Shown here in pieces: positions 10,047-19,478 of a stretch of 64,000 bases of DNA. Position 1 is the first letter of the stretch. Each line of letters opens with the position of its first letter. The translations under genes were made by a program, and so were the position numbers. Below the pieces are notes generated by a model that was not told the DNA's origin, did no database searches, and saw only the letters and a program-made list of their open reading frames with translations. Location of the stretch: positions 17,402 through 81,401 of the forward strand of contig JAUVXW010000014.1 in assembly GCA_030603385.1 (NCBI GenBank), read 5' to 3'. Source of the stretch: Promethearchaeota archaeon. GTDB taxonomy: Archaea > Asgardarchaeota > Lokiarchaeia > Sigyniarchaeales > SOKP01.

Positions 10047-10424
10047 ATGGAGTATATTATCATTGAAAATGAAAAAATTGGTCAAATGAAAGCAAAATTG
10101 CTCACCGATAAGAATCCTAAGACATGTGAAGCAATTTGGAACGCATTACCCTTTGAAGTTAATCTATCAAGATGGGGAGAAGAATTGTATGGGGAAATCC
10201 CTGTTTCATTAGAAGAAGAAAATTCCCAAGTTGATTGTGAGGTAGGAGATATTGGTTATTGGCCTAGTGGAAAAGGATTTTGTATCTTTTTTGGTCCTAC
10301 GCCTGCTAGTAAAGGAGATAAACCAAAAGCAGCTTCTCCAGTAAATATATTCGCTAGAGTTGACGGAGATGCTAAAATATTTAACCAATTTTCATCTTTT
10401 AAAGGGCAAGTAAAAAGAGGTTAA
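10047..10424 (+). CDS. Cyclophilin-like fold protein (DUF369/TM1367-like)
   Basis: NPKTCEAIWNALP, WGEELY, GDIGYWPSGKGFCIFFGPTPAS, ASPVN. Confidence 0.8.
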   Translation: MEYIIIENEKIGQMKAKLLTDKNPKTCEAIWNALPFEVNLSRWGEELYGEIPVSLEEENSQVDCEVGDIGYWPSGKGFCIFFGPTPASKGDKPKAASPVNIFARVDGDAKIFNQFSSFKGQVKRG

Positions 10425-10474
10425 TTAAAAATCTTACTCGTCTATAAAAACGTAGCTTTATCTACTATTTTTCT

Positions 10475-10792
10475 CTATATTTTATTGTATTTCTTTAAGA
10501 TTTTTTCGATTTCTAATTCTGCTTCAGAAATTTTGTAGTTCAAAGTAACATTCCTTTTTTTTAATTCATCGAACATCTCCCATATGGAAATTCCAGCAAT
10601 TTCGGATGCTTTTCCAAGGGAGATTTTATCTTTAAGATATTCTTTTAAAGCAAATTCTAACTTTTCTTGAGCGATGCTTTTCCATAATAATTTTCTTATA
10701 AAACTGGATTGATCTTCTTTATATAGTTCCCGTAATTTGTCAATCTCTTCTTTCAAATCATCTGGTAGAACAATAGAAATTTTATCTCCCAT
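10475..10792 (-). CDS. UPF0175 family antitoxin-like protein
   Basis: RHH-like N-terminus (ISIVLPDDL) and ISLGKASEIAGISIWEM...LKKR; likely start ATG 10792. Confidence 0.8.
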   Translation of the reverse strand: MGDKISIVLPDDLKEEIDKLRELYKEDQSSFIRKLLWKSIAQEKLEFALKEYLKDKISLGKASEIAGISIWEMFDELKKRNVTLNYKISEAELEIEKILKKYNKI

Positions 10793-10871
10793 ATTTTTCA
10801 CCTTTTTCAATATACTCTTGGATTACATCTGCTGAAATCCAACTATTTTAATGAATATTACTTATTAATTC
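10782..10871 (-). pseudogene. C-terminal remnant of a DUF3368/PIN-type toxin
   Basis: Reads ELISNIH*NSWISADVIQEYIEKGEKYGR* and overlaps the UPF0175 start. WIS...I is typical of the DUF3368 C-terminus. It is truncated at the TTCGTGAAA site. Confidence 0.5.
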
Positions 10872-10961
10872 TTCGTGAAAGGTCTGCTAAAGTACGAGAA
10901 AGGTATAAATTTATACTTCTTAATAAAAGTTCATGAAATAATATCTTGATATTTATAACAT

Positions 10962-10985
10962 ATCGTGAAATCCACCTTTCACGAT
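10962..10985. repeat. Perfect 9-6-9 inverted repeat ATCGTGAAA-TCCACC-TTTCACGAT (dif/Xer-like architecture)
   Basis: Read directly. The arms match those at 10872-10880 and 11545-11553. Confidence 0.75.
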
Positions 10986-11036
10986 CAATTATCAATTAAT
11001 TATCATTGAAAAAAAGATTTACTATCAGACTCTTTT

Positions 11037-11540
11037 ATGTTAAATACGAGTGTCAAAAAATATATTATTATGGAAGACGAAAATATTGAGATTTTCAAAG
11101 ACTTTGTAATAGGATTAAATAAAAGGAATAAACTTAAACAATGTACTAAATGTACAAGAACTTTTTCTATAACATCTGAATTTTTCTACAGAAATAGAAC
11201 TACTAAAGATGGTCTTGATTCTTGGTGTAAAGAATGTAAAAAGGAATATGATAAATATCATTATCAGTATAAAAGATATAACATAACAAAGGAGGATTAT
11301 GAGAATATGATGGAAGGGCAGAATGGGAAATGTCTCATATGTGGAAGGAATTTTGATAAAATATATTTTCCACAAAACACACATATTGATCACGATCATA
11401 GGACAGGAAAAGTTAGAGGTCTTCTATGTAATAACTGCAACGTAATATTAGGGAATGCTTTTGATAATCCTCTCATTTTAATTAAGGCAATTAAATACTT
11501 ACAAGAGAATAAGAAAAAAAGAAATAAAAAATCCATATAG
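11037..11540 (+). CDS. Recombination endonuclease VII (HNH-like) domain protein
   Basis: N-terminal CxxC...CxxC (KQCTKC...WCKEC); QNGKCLICG, HIDHDHRTGKVRGLLCNNCNVILG. Confidence 0.88.
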   Translation: MLNTSVKKYIIMEDENIEIFKDFVIGLNKRNKLKQCTKCTRTFSITSEFFYRNRTTKDGLDSWCKECKKEYDKYHYQYKRYNITKEDYENMMEGQNGKCLICGRNFDKIYFPQNTHIDHDHRTGKVRGLLCNNCNVILGNAFDNPLILIKAIKYLQENKKKRNKKSI

Positions 11541-11567
11541 TCTGTTTCACGAACATATATATTTTTT

Positions 11568-11948
11568 TTATAAGTTTAAATATGATTTTACTATTTTAAT
11601 AGTAGTTTCAGCTAGATCTAATGCATCATTAGCAGATTTTTTATTGAAAACTTCAGCAGGTATTCCTTCTGGAAGTCCATTAGGGTATCTAGTCGGAATA
11701 TAATAACTATCTAAGATAGATACATCTTCGCCTAATTTTGTAAACTTTTTATCGAAAGTACCAGCCCAATCTGCTAATTTCTTAACTGAATGTCCTAGAA
11801 CAAGATCCTCTTTATTAAAATAAATTACAGATTTTAAAGCTTTTTCAACAATTTGTTGAGATATAAAACAAACAAGATAATAGCGTTCATTTTCAAATAG
11901 AATTTAGAATCTATTTGCTTCCTTAGAATATTTACTTATTTCGCTCAT
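11568..11948 (-). pseudogene. HEPN domain protein with premature stop
   Basis: Manual translation: MSEISKYSKEANRF*ILFENERYYLVCFISQQIVEKALKS...GHSVKKL...LDSYYIPTRYP...; TAA at codon 15 with an apparent short deletion; overlaps the MNT stop. Confidence 0.8.
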
Positions 11949-12279
11949 AAATGACCTTTCCTTCTTTTAATATATGTTGAATAAATAAATTTTCTCCTGC
12001 CATGCGTTTAAACTCAATTGGGGTATAGATGAGTAAATCAATTTCTTTAGGTTTTACTTTTTTATAAATTTCTGCTGATCTTTCTATAAAGTCTAGCTTA
12101 GATTCAATTATTATAATTAAATCAATATCACTTGTTAAACTTAATTCCTCTCTAACAGATGATCCAAATTGAATAATTTTTAAAGCGCCCAATTTAATTA
12201 ATTCAGAGATGACACGGTTTAATTCTTGTTTTAGCTCTTTTAAATGCTTTTTCTTAAGCATTTTAACTTTTTGGATCAT
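11932..12279 (-). CDS. Minimal nucleotidyltransferase (MNT) antitoxin
   Basis: FGSSVREELSLTSDIDLIII, IDLLIYTP.EF, EGKVIYE. Confidence 0.85.
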   Translation of the reverse strand: MIQKVKMLKKKHLKELKQELNRVISELIKLGALKIIQFGSSVREELSLTSDIDLIIIIESKLDFIERSAEIYKKVKPKEIDLLIYTPIEFKRMAGENLFIQHILKEGKVIYERNK

Positions 12280-12400
12280 TATTGTATAAATATTTATTAG
12301 TCTTATTAAATTAAATGTAAGAATTCTAAATCATAAAGGTTCTAAATATAAATACTATTGCATGATATAGAAATTCACATCTAATCAAAATAATTTTATG

Positions 12401-12443
12401 CGGGAAAAATTAAAATAATCTGAATTATTTTAAACGGGAAAAA
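12401..12443. promoter_or_regulatory. Candidate operator upstream of gabT
   Basis: TTAAAATAAT-CTGA-ATTATTTTAA palindrome (12410-12433) flanked by CGGGAAAAA direct repeats (12401, 12435). Confidence 0.4.
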
Positions 12444-12464
12444 ATTATAAAAGGAGTAGAAATC

Positions 12465-13727
12465 ATGAAAAAGAATGAAAATCTGCTTGAATTAAGAAAA
12501 CAATATGTCCCAAAGGCTGTTTACAATACTTTTCCATCCTTTATCAGTCAAGCAAATGGTGCTAAAATGACTGATATAGAGGGTTATGAAATGATTGATT
12601 TTGCAGGGGGCATAGCTACAGTCAATGTAGGTCATTGTCATCCCAAAGTTGTAAGTGCTATTAAAGATCAGGCTGAAAAGTACATCCATACATGCTTTCA
12701 TGTAGCAATGTATGAACCATATATAGAGTTAGCACAAAGACTTTGTGAAATTGCACCTGGGGATTTCCCTAAAATGGCTTTTTTTGCAAATAGTGGTGCT
12801 GAAGCTGTAGAAAATGCAATAAAAATTGCCAGATATTACACAAAACGTTCGGGTATAATTACTTTTGAAAATGCTTTCCACGGAAGGACACTTATGGGGA
12901 TGAGTCTAACAAGTAAAGTAAAACCATACAAATTAGGTTTTGGACCATTTGCTCCGGAGATTTATCGAATACCATTTGGTGATGCTAATTTATTCGAAAC
13001 ATTTCTTATAAACCACATTGCACCAGAATCCGTTGCAGCGATCATTGCAGAACCCGTTCAAGGTGAAGGTGGATTTATAACTCCCCCTCCAGAATTTTTC
13101 CCTAAGATTATCGAGATTTGTAAAGAAAATGGAATACTGTTTATTGCTGACGAAATTCAATCCGGGATGGGACGAACGGGAAAGATGTTCGCAATTGAAC
13201 ATTGGGATGTTGTACCTGATATTATTCTTCTAGCAAAGAGCTTAGCAGCAGGCTTACCTTTAAGTGCAATAATAGGACGGAAAGAAATTATGGATTCTCC
13301 TCACATTGGTGGGTTAGGAGGAACATTTGGTGGCAATCCCGTTGCTTGTAGAGCAGCTTTAGCCGTGTTAGACATATTTAAAGAGGAAAATTTATTACAT
13401 AAAGCTGAAATTTTAGGACAAAAATTAAATAAGCAAATTAAGACCTGGCAGAAAAATTTTGAAATTGTTGGAAACATTCATGGTATTGGATCAATGCTCG
13501 CCTTTGAGATAGTAGATACAAAGTCAAAAAAACCCGCAAAGGATAAAGCTAAGGAATTAATCGACTTATGCTATAAGAAGGGTTTAATAATTCTTACTTG
13601 TGGAAAATATGGAAACACTATAAGGTTGCTGATGCCCCTTGTAATAAATAATGATGAATTAGATAAAGGTCTTAAAATACTTGAAGAAAACCTTCAAATT
13701 TTAGAAAATAGGAGTTTGGAAATGTAA
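12465..13727 (+). CDS. gabT: 4-aminobutyrate/5-aminovalerate aminotransferase (class III PLP)
   Basis: IDFAGGIATVNVGH, NSGAEAVENAIK, FHGRT, EPVQGEGG, DEIQSGMGRTG, AKSLAAG, GGTFGGNP. Confidence 0.8.
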   Translation: MKKNENLLELRKQYVPKAVYNTFPSFISQANGAKMTDIEGYEMIDFAGGIATVNVGHCHPKVVSAIKDQAEKYIHTCFHVAMYEPYIELAQRLCEIAPGDFPKMAFFANSGAEAVENAIKIARYYTKRSGIITFENAFHGRTLMGMSLTSKVKPYKLGFGPFAPEIYRIPFGDANLFETFLINHIAPESVAAIIAEPVQGEGGFITPPPEFFPKIIEICKENGILFIADEIQSGMGRTGKMFAIEHWDVVPDIILLAKSLAAGLPLSAIIGRKEIMDSPHIGGLGGTFGGNPVACRAALAVLDIFKEENLLHKAEILGQKLNKQIKTWQKNFEIVGNIHGIGSMLAFEIVDTKSKKPAKDKAKELIDLCYKKGLIILTCGKYGNTIRLLMPLVINNDELDKGLKILEENLQILENRSLEM

Positions 13728-13734
13728 TAACTCT

Positions 13735-15021
13735 TTATTCTACACCACACCAATCCATTATTGTACCAATTATTATCTCGGTTGTTTTTACGGTTGATTT
13801 AATGGAAACTCGTTCATCAATTGAATGAATTTTTTCTGCTAACGGTCCGAATGAAACTGCAGGGATACCGTTATATACAAAAAATCGAGCATCCAATCCA
13901 GATGATCCTCCGATATATATTGGTTTGATACCAGAAAATTCTTGAATTTTTTTATCTATCAGTTGTACGAAAGGATCTTCAGGATTTTGTTCATGAGGTC
14001 TTGCTTTCCACCCAAACCACTCAATTTTTGGGGGGTGATCTTTCAACCATCTATCTTTATTCGCGATATTTTGGATAGTTCTCTCAATTTGACTCATAAC
14101 AATTTCTCGGGTCTCACCAGGAGGAAAACCTATTCGACACTCGAGAATACACAAGGCTGGTACTGTTGAAGGCCAATCTCCCGCTTTTATGACTCCAATG
14201 TTAAGTGTCGTTGCTTTCCCCTTCATGCGTGGATCTACTTCTGCATATTTATAACTGATTGTGCTCTGTCTTTCAATGTTTAGGGATGTAAGGGCTTCAA
14301 TTATCGGCACCATTTTTACAATAGCATTCACACCATAATGTGCTGTTGCTGCATGTGCCGGAACACCAGTAACAATAACACGAAAATACATAACCCCTGC
14401 ACTAGCGATACTTATAGCATATCCACCCGGTTCAGGAATTATAGCGGCATCTGTCTTTGGCTGAGTTAGACGCATATATAAATTCCCTCCTATACCGCCA
14501 TCTTCTTCATCAATAGTTGTTTCTATAAGCACATCACCCTTTAACTGAGTTTTTGTTTCTTTAAGTGCTTGAAGAGCAAAAATCATGGATGCAACTCCTG
14601 CTTTCATATCTCCAGCACCCCGTCCATATATGAAATCACCGTCTATTTCACCACTCCATGGATTACGACTCCAATGTTCTACGGGTTCTGGACTCACTAC
14701 ATCAACATGTCCACTAAGGCAAATAGATCGACCATTTCCAGTTCCTTTAAGGATTCCTGCTACATTGGGACGATCCTTATAACCATATTTAGTAAAGGAC
14801 GTTGTTTCAAAATAATCATCACTTTTTCGTAAGATTTCAATATTAGGATAGATCAATTTAGGTTTAAGATCTAATTCTGTAAGCTTTTTATATATGAATT
14901 TTTGGATTTCTCCTTCTTCCCCAGAAATACTAGGGATCCGAACTAGATCTTGAATAAATTTTACAAGCTTATCCTGATTATTTCGAATCCAAGTTATCGG
15001 AGTTGGTTCTTCTGAATTCAT
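13735..15021 (-). CDS. M20 ArgE/DapE-family deacylase (YodQ-like)
   Basis: GHVDVV, YGRGAGDMKAG, DEEDGG, PEP, H..DE motifs. Confidence 0.85.
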   Translation of the reverse strand: MNSEEPTPITWIRNNQDKLVKFIQDLVRIPSISGEEGEIQKFIYKKLTELDLKPKLIYPNIEILRKSDDYFETTSFTKYGYKDRPNVAGILKGTGNGRSICLSGHVDVVSPEPVEHWSRNPWSGEIDGDFIYGRGAGDMKAGVASMIFALQALKETKTQLKGDVLIETTIDEEDGGIGGNLYMRLTQPKTDAAIIPEPGGYAISIASAGVMYFRVIVTGVPAHAATAHYGVNAIVKMVPIIEALTSLNIERQSTISYKYAEVDPRMKGKATTLNIGVIKAGDWPSTVPALCILECRIGFPPGETREIVMSQIERTIQNIANKDRWLKDHPPKIEWFGWKARPHEQNPEDPFVQLIDKKIQEFSGIKPIYIGGSSGLDARFFVYNGIPAVSFGPLAEKIHSIDERVSIKSTVKTTEIIIGTIMDWCGVE

Positions 15022-15070
15022 TTAATTACTTTCCTTTTTTTATCATATTTATTTTTATTAATATTTAAAA

Positions 15071-15694
15071 TTAATTCTTGGGATCTCTTAACATTGACCA
15101 ATTTGTTATTCCTGTACTCTCAATTTCAAATTCTTTCATAACATTAAATCCAAAATTTTGATAATACAAAACATTGCTTTTCTTATTTGTATCTAAGTAA
15201 CATTTAAGATTATTCTCATCTAAATATTCTATCATGGGGAGTAGAAGCTTTCTACCAAAACCCTTTCTTTGAAATTTTGGATCCACCGCTATAACCATGA
15301 GATAAATATGAGGTTCTTTTATAAGTTGTTCATGGATATCATTGGCATAAGAAGTGACTGATAATCTTTCGAGATATTTCTGACCTAACACATAGAAAAA
15401 AACTTCATCACCGCATTCTTTAGAGCGTTCTGGCGTGATATATGCAAATTCTGAGGGGACCCATAACGTTATACCTTCCAAATTAGGTGAAGATGCATAA
15501 ACTACTCCAAATTGAAGACAGTACCAAATATAGGCTTTGAATAAGTATGGAAGATATTTTTTTCTCTCAGATTCATCGGGAATAATATATACATGTAATG
15601 GATCATCATGAAATGCTCGTGAAATAATTTCTGCAGCTTTATTTAAAGGTATATACTTTAACTGATATAGGTCTCGGAGATTTTTCATTTTCAA
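15071..15694 (-). CDS. GNAT family N-acetyltransferase
   Basis: AFHDDP, IAVDPKFQRKGFGRKLL, YLDT...NVLYYQNFGF. Confidence 0.85.
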   Translation of the reverse strand: MKMKNLRDLYQLKYIPLNKAAEIISRAFHDDPLHVYIIPDESERKKYLPYLFKAYIWYCLQFGVVYASSPNLEGITLWVPSEFAYITPERSKECGDEVFFYVLGQKYLERLSVTSYANDIHEQLIKEPHIYLMVIAVDPKFQRKGFGRKLLLPMIEYLDENNLKCYLDTNKKSNVLYYQNFGFNVMKEFEIESTGITNWSMLRDPKN

Positions 15695-15897
15695 TACCAG
15701 TTTTTAAAATTTATTGAAAAGAGATAAAACAAATCTAATTCTCTTAGAAATAATTAAATATAAAACGTAATCCATAAATTAAATGTGTTATTGTTGATCA
15801 GATTCTGGTATAAATACATAAAAAGGACTTGAATGAATATTAAAGATTTTTTGATTCCATTCAATAAACTTAATTTTGAAATTATATTATTACACGC

Positions 15898-17286
15898 GTG
15901 GAACAGATAAATTACTTTGAAAAATTATTCTATCCTAAAACTATAGCCTTTATTGGTGCTTCAAAGAAGAGAGAGTGGCAGTTAAAAGGTTTGGTTGATC
16001 GAGGGTTCACTGGAAAGTTATACTTTGTTTCCAAAGGAAGTGATAAGATATTTGATATAGATTGTTTTAAGGACGTGTCTGAACTTCCTAATGGTATTGA
16101 TCACGCAATAATTGCTGTAAATCGAAACCAATTAGTCGATATTGTGAAAAAATGTATCAATAAAAAGTTTGCAACAATTCATATATTTTCCGCGGGAACA
16201 GGTGAATTTGATGAAGAGGGAAAACAAATTGAAGATGAAATATTCCATTTACTAAAAAACAGTTCTACTAAGGCTATTGGACCTAATTGTATGGGATTAT
16301 ATTCTACTGGTGGTCGATTTTCATTTAACGCTTCTTTTAAAGCAGATCCTATTGGCAATGTAGCATTTATTTCACAATCCGGTGACCTAACAGAAAGGTT
16401 TGTGGGAAGTTTAAATTATCTTGGTGTTAATTTTTCATGGGCAGCAAGCATTGGCAATTCTATATCGTTAAACGTGACAGATCTTATTCGATATTTCAAT
16501 GAAGACGATAAAACTGAGATATTAGCTATCTATCTTGAGGGATTTTCAAGATATCATAATAAAGAAGGAAGAAGGTTGTACAATGAGTTAAAAAAGGCAA
16601 GGAAACCAGTAATATTCTTAAGAAGTGGAAAGACTGTGGCAGGAAAGAGATCTGCAGAATCACATACAGGAAGTTTGACCACTTCAAATCAAATTTGGAA
16701 TGCTGTTTTCACTCAAACGAGTGGTATTAAAGTTCGTACATTTGAGGAATTAACTGATACAACACTAGCATTTTATTATTGCAAGGATATGTTACCCCGC
16801 GAAAAAGGCATACTGCTAATGACATGGTCAGGTGGAAATGCCACAATAGCTACGGATTTAATAACTCAACTTGGAGCTACCATCCCTGAATTTAGTGCAG
16901 CAACAAAGGCAGAATTGAAAAAATTAATTAGATTTGGGGGTGTTGTGAATCCATTAGACTTGCCATGGAAAAATTTTTCAGATGAATATTCGAATATCGC
17001 AAAAATTGCAATTAAAGAACCATATATAGGCGGCGTCTTTGCAGAAACATACCAACCTTGGGATAAAAATACGTTTGAAAATTACTTTGAAAATTTAGAG
17101 TTTCTTAAAAATTTGTGCCACGAACATGGGAAGCCATTTTTTCTTTCTTTACCTCTAGCTGGCTTTCAGGGTAGAGAAAAATATAGAAGGAAAATTGTAG
17201 AAATGGGGGTGCCAATTTTTCCTAGTTTTGAAAGAGCAGCTAAAGCATTCCTTAATTTATATAATTATGGGGAAAAATTAGATTGA
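15898..17286 (+). CDS. ADP-forming acyl-CoA synthetase, alpha-type subunit
   Basis: PKTIAFIGAS, IGPNCMG, ISQSG, SIGN, SHTGSL (phospho-His), NPLDL; no ATP-grasp beta domain. Confidence 0.8.
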   Translation: MEQINYFEKLFYPKTIAFIGASKKREWQLKGLVDRGFTGKLYFVSKGSDKIFDIDCFKDVSELPNGIDHAIIAVNRNQLVDIVKKCINKKFATIHIFSAGTGEFDEEGKQIEDEIFHLLKNSSTKAIGPNCMGLYSTGGRFSFNASFKADPIGNVAFISQSGDLTERFVGSLNYLGVNFSWAASIGNSISLNVTDLIRYFNEDDKTEILAIYLEGFSRYHNKEGRRLYNELKKARKPVIFLRSGKTVAGKRSAESHTGSLTTSNQIWNAVFTQTSGIKVRTFEELTDTTLAFYYCKDMLPREKGILLMTWSGGNATIATDLITQLGATIPEFSAATKAELKKLIRFGGVVNPLDLPWKNFSDEYSNIAKIAIKEPYIGGVFAETYQPWDKNTFENYFENLEFLKNLCHEHGKPFFLSLPLAGFQGREKYRRKIVEMGVPIFPSFERAAKAFLNLYNYGEKLD

Positions 17287-17305
17287 AAAAAACATACACT
17301 ACGAT

Positions 17306-17737
17306 TTATCTCTCTCTAATTATTTCTAATTCTTCTTCAGATTCAGCAATTCCCTTTAAGATACAATTTTTACTACTAAAATTGTCAAAATTAAGTTTAC
17401 TATCATTTATAATTATACAATTATCTAATTTGAAATTCTTTCCAATTTTTACATTATCAAATATTATAGAATTCGAGATCTCTGCATAATCCTCGATTAC
17501 AGAATCATTTCCGATATAAACCTTCGGTCCGATGAGTACATCATCACCGATTTTAACTTTATCTCCAAGAATAACCGGTTCCATGAAAGTAGGATAATCT
17601 CCTATATAATTTTCAATTTTTAATCCTTTAACATGATTTTTTAGAATTTCAGTCTTTAGTTCTTGGATCTTTAATAAATCGAAATCTTTTTCATTAAGCA
17701 GTTGCTCTAATTGTTTTAATAGTTCTTTCATTCTCAT
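17306..17737 (-). CDS. Stand-alone hexapeptide-repeat (left-handed beta-helix) protein
   Basis: ILGDKVKIGDDVLIGPKVYIGNDSVIEDYAEISNSIIFDNVKIG. Confidence 0.7.
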   Translation of the reverse strand: MRMKELLKQLEQLLNEKDFDLLKIQELKTEILKNHVKGLKIENYIGDYPTFMEPVILGDKVKIGDDVLIGPKVYIGNDSVIEDYAEISNSIIFDNVKIGKNFKLDNCIIINDSKLNFDNFSSKNCILKGIAESEEELEIIRER

Positions 17738-17753
17738 TCATCTAAAATATGAA

Positions 17754-18470
17754 TTATAATTCTAATATATCAATCAATTTATCAATATTTTTACCAGTTT
17801 TTGCACTGGTAGTAATAACCTCTATGTCTGGATTAATTTCTTTTGCATCTTTTAGCATTTTTTGAACATTCGTTCCTAATCTCTCAGCTAAATCAATTTT
17901 ATTAATAACTGCTACTTGAGACATCTTGAAAAGCATGGGGTGTTTTTCTATAACCCATTCTCCTTCAGTTGTAGAAACTACAGTAATTCGAGTATCAGTA
18001 CCAAGAGTGAATTCTGAAGGACAAATCAAATTTCCTACGTTTTCGATAAAAAGTAAATCGTAATCATCTAAATCTTTATTTTCAATAATCTTGTGTATGT
18101 GATAAGCATTTAACGCACATTCTCGACCAGTATTAATTTGAATACTTTCAGCATTATGCGCTTGAATTCGATCAGCATCTAGTCTAGTAGTTATATCACC
18201 ACAAATTACTAAAATCCTATATTTTTCTGATAAAATTTCTACTATTTTTTCAATTAACGCAGTTTTACCCGCTCCAATAGCACCAACGATATCTACTGAT
18301 TTAATCTTATGTTCCTTCAATTCTTCATTATTCTGTCGAGCTAAAAGCTCATTGTCTTCTTTTACTTTCATTTTAGTTTGAACTACATCATCTCTGATAT
18401 CATCAGTAGCCAAATTGATGCTTTCCAGTTCTTTAATCCGTTGTATATCCTTTTTTCTTTTTTCTGACAT
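17754..18470 (-). CDS. hypB: Hydrogenase nickel-incorporation GTPase HypB
   Basis: GAIGAGKT, GDI...DA.RI, QINTG, IENVGNLICP, KHP, INKID, TSAKTG. Confidence 0.85.
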   Translation of the reverse strand: MSEKRKKDIQRIKELESINLATDDIRDDVVQTKMKVKEDNELLARQNNEELKEHKIKSVDIVGAIGAGKTALIEKIVEILSEKYRILVICGDITTRLDADRIQAHNAESIQINTGRECALNAYHIHKIIENKDLDDYDLLFIENVGNLICPSEFTLGTDTRITVVSTTEGEWVIEKHPMLFKMSQVAVINKIDLAERLGTNVQKMLKDAKEINPDIEVITTSAKTGKNIDKLIDILEL

Positions 18471-18535
18471 TGTGATAGTAAATAAAAAATAAGACTATAA
18501 GGATTACTTTTTTAAATTAAAAATAGAAAAAAAAC

Positions 18536-19378
18536 TTATTGGCTCTTATAATTATAAAAACCTTTTCCAGATTTTACTCCTAATTCTCCCCTTTCAACCA
18601 TTTCTTTTAGAGCATCTGGTGGCTTATCATCAGGGTAACCGCTATTTTTAAAATAGGACATTTCAATATCGTAAACTACATCTAATCCTATTCGATCCAT
18701 GAACTGAAAAGGGCCATAATCGCTTTTGGAAAAGAATTGGCAAAATAATTTCCATCCTTTATCAACAGTTTCAATATCTGCATGACCACCTGCCCAAATC
18801 TTCAGACAATCCTTTTTAATCGCTCTCCATATCCTATTCATGACAAAGCCATAACACTCTTTCTTAACTTCAAGAGGTGTGATATCAATGCTTTCTAACC
18901 AATTCCTCCCTTTATCGAATGTTTCCTCACTTGTCTGATTTCCACGCATAATATCTGCTACTGGTAGCCTAAAAAGATCGTAAAAATGAATATTTAAAAC
19001 TTTATCTTTTCGATCTACTACATCTTCAATTTTTGAGATTGGTATTGAAGAACTATTTGTTGCAATTATTGTGTTGGGTGAAGCTGCTTTATCTATCTTT
19101 GAAAAAACTTCTCGCTTTAACTCAAGTTTTTCTGTTACAGCTTCAATCACAAGATCTACATCTTTAACAGCTTCAGCAATAGTATAATGTTGAGTGATTG
19201 TCGCATTCAAATTTTCTTCTTTTATTTTTCCTCTCATTTTTTCTGTAAATGCACTTAAATCTTCTTGATTAGTATCAAAAGCTTTGATGTCATAATTATA
19301 TAAAAGAGATTTCTCAATGATTTGTTTACCCAAATAACCCGTCCCTATTATAGAAATTGTATTTAGTTTCCTACCCAT
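18536..19378 (-). CDS. 3-hydroxyacyl-CoA dehydrogenase family protein
   Basis: GTGYLG, IEAVTEKLELK, TNSSS, HF, GFVMNRI, GPFQFMDRIGLD, LGVKSGKGFY. Confidence 0.85.
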   Translation of the reverse strand: MGRKLNTISIIGTGYLGKQIIEKSLLYNYDIKAFDTNQEDLSAFTEKMRGKIKEENLNATITQHYTIAEAVKDVDLVIEAVTEKLELKREVFSKIDKAASPNTIIATNSSSIPISKIEDVVDRKDKVLNIHFYDLFRLPVADIMRGNQTSEETFDKGRNWLESIDITPLEVKKECYGFVMNRIWRAIKKDCLKIWAGGHADIETVDKGWKLFCQFFSKSDYGPFQFMDRIGLDVVYDIEMSYFKNSGYPDDKPPDALKEMVERGELGVKSGKGFYNYKSQ

Positions 19379-19478
19379 ATCTAATCATTTTGCATTATTG
19401 AAGAGAATAATTATTTTTATGAATAATAGTAAATTAATCTAATCCTATATACGAAAATCGATTCTTTATCTAGGTATT

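Larger units (their letters stand above)
10872..11553. mobile_element. EndoVII cassette inserted in a palindromic recombinase-like site (attL/attR-like ends)
   Basis: Left end TTCGTGAAA-GGTCTG (10872-10886); right end AGTCTG-TTTCACGAA (11539-11553); GTCTG is duplicated; an intact site lies inside at 10962-10985. Confidence 0.55.
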
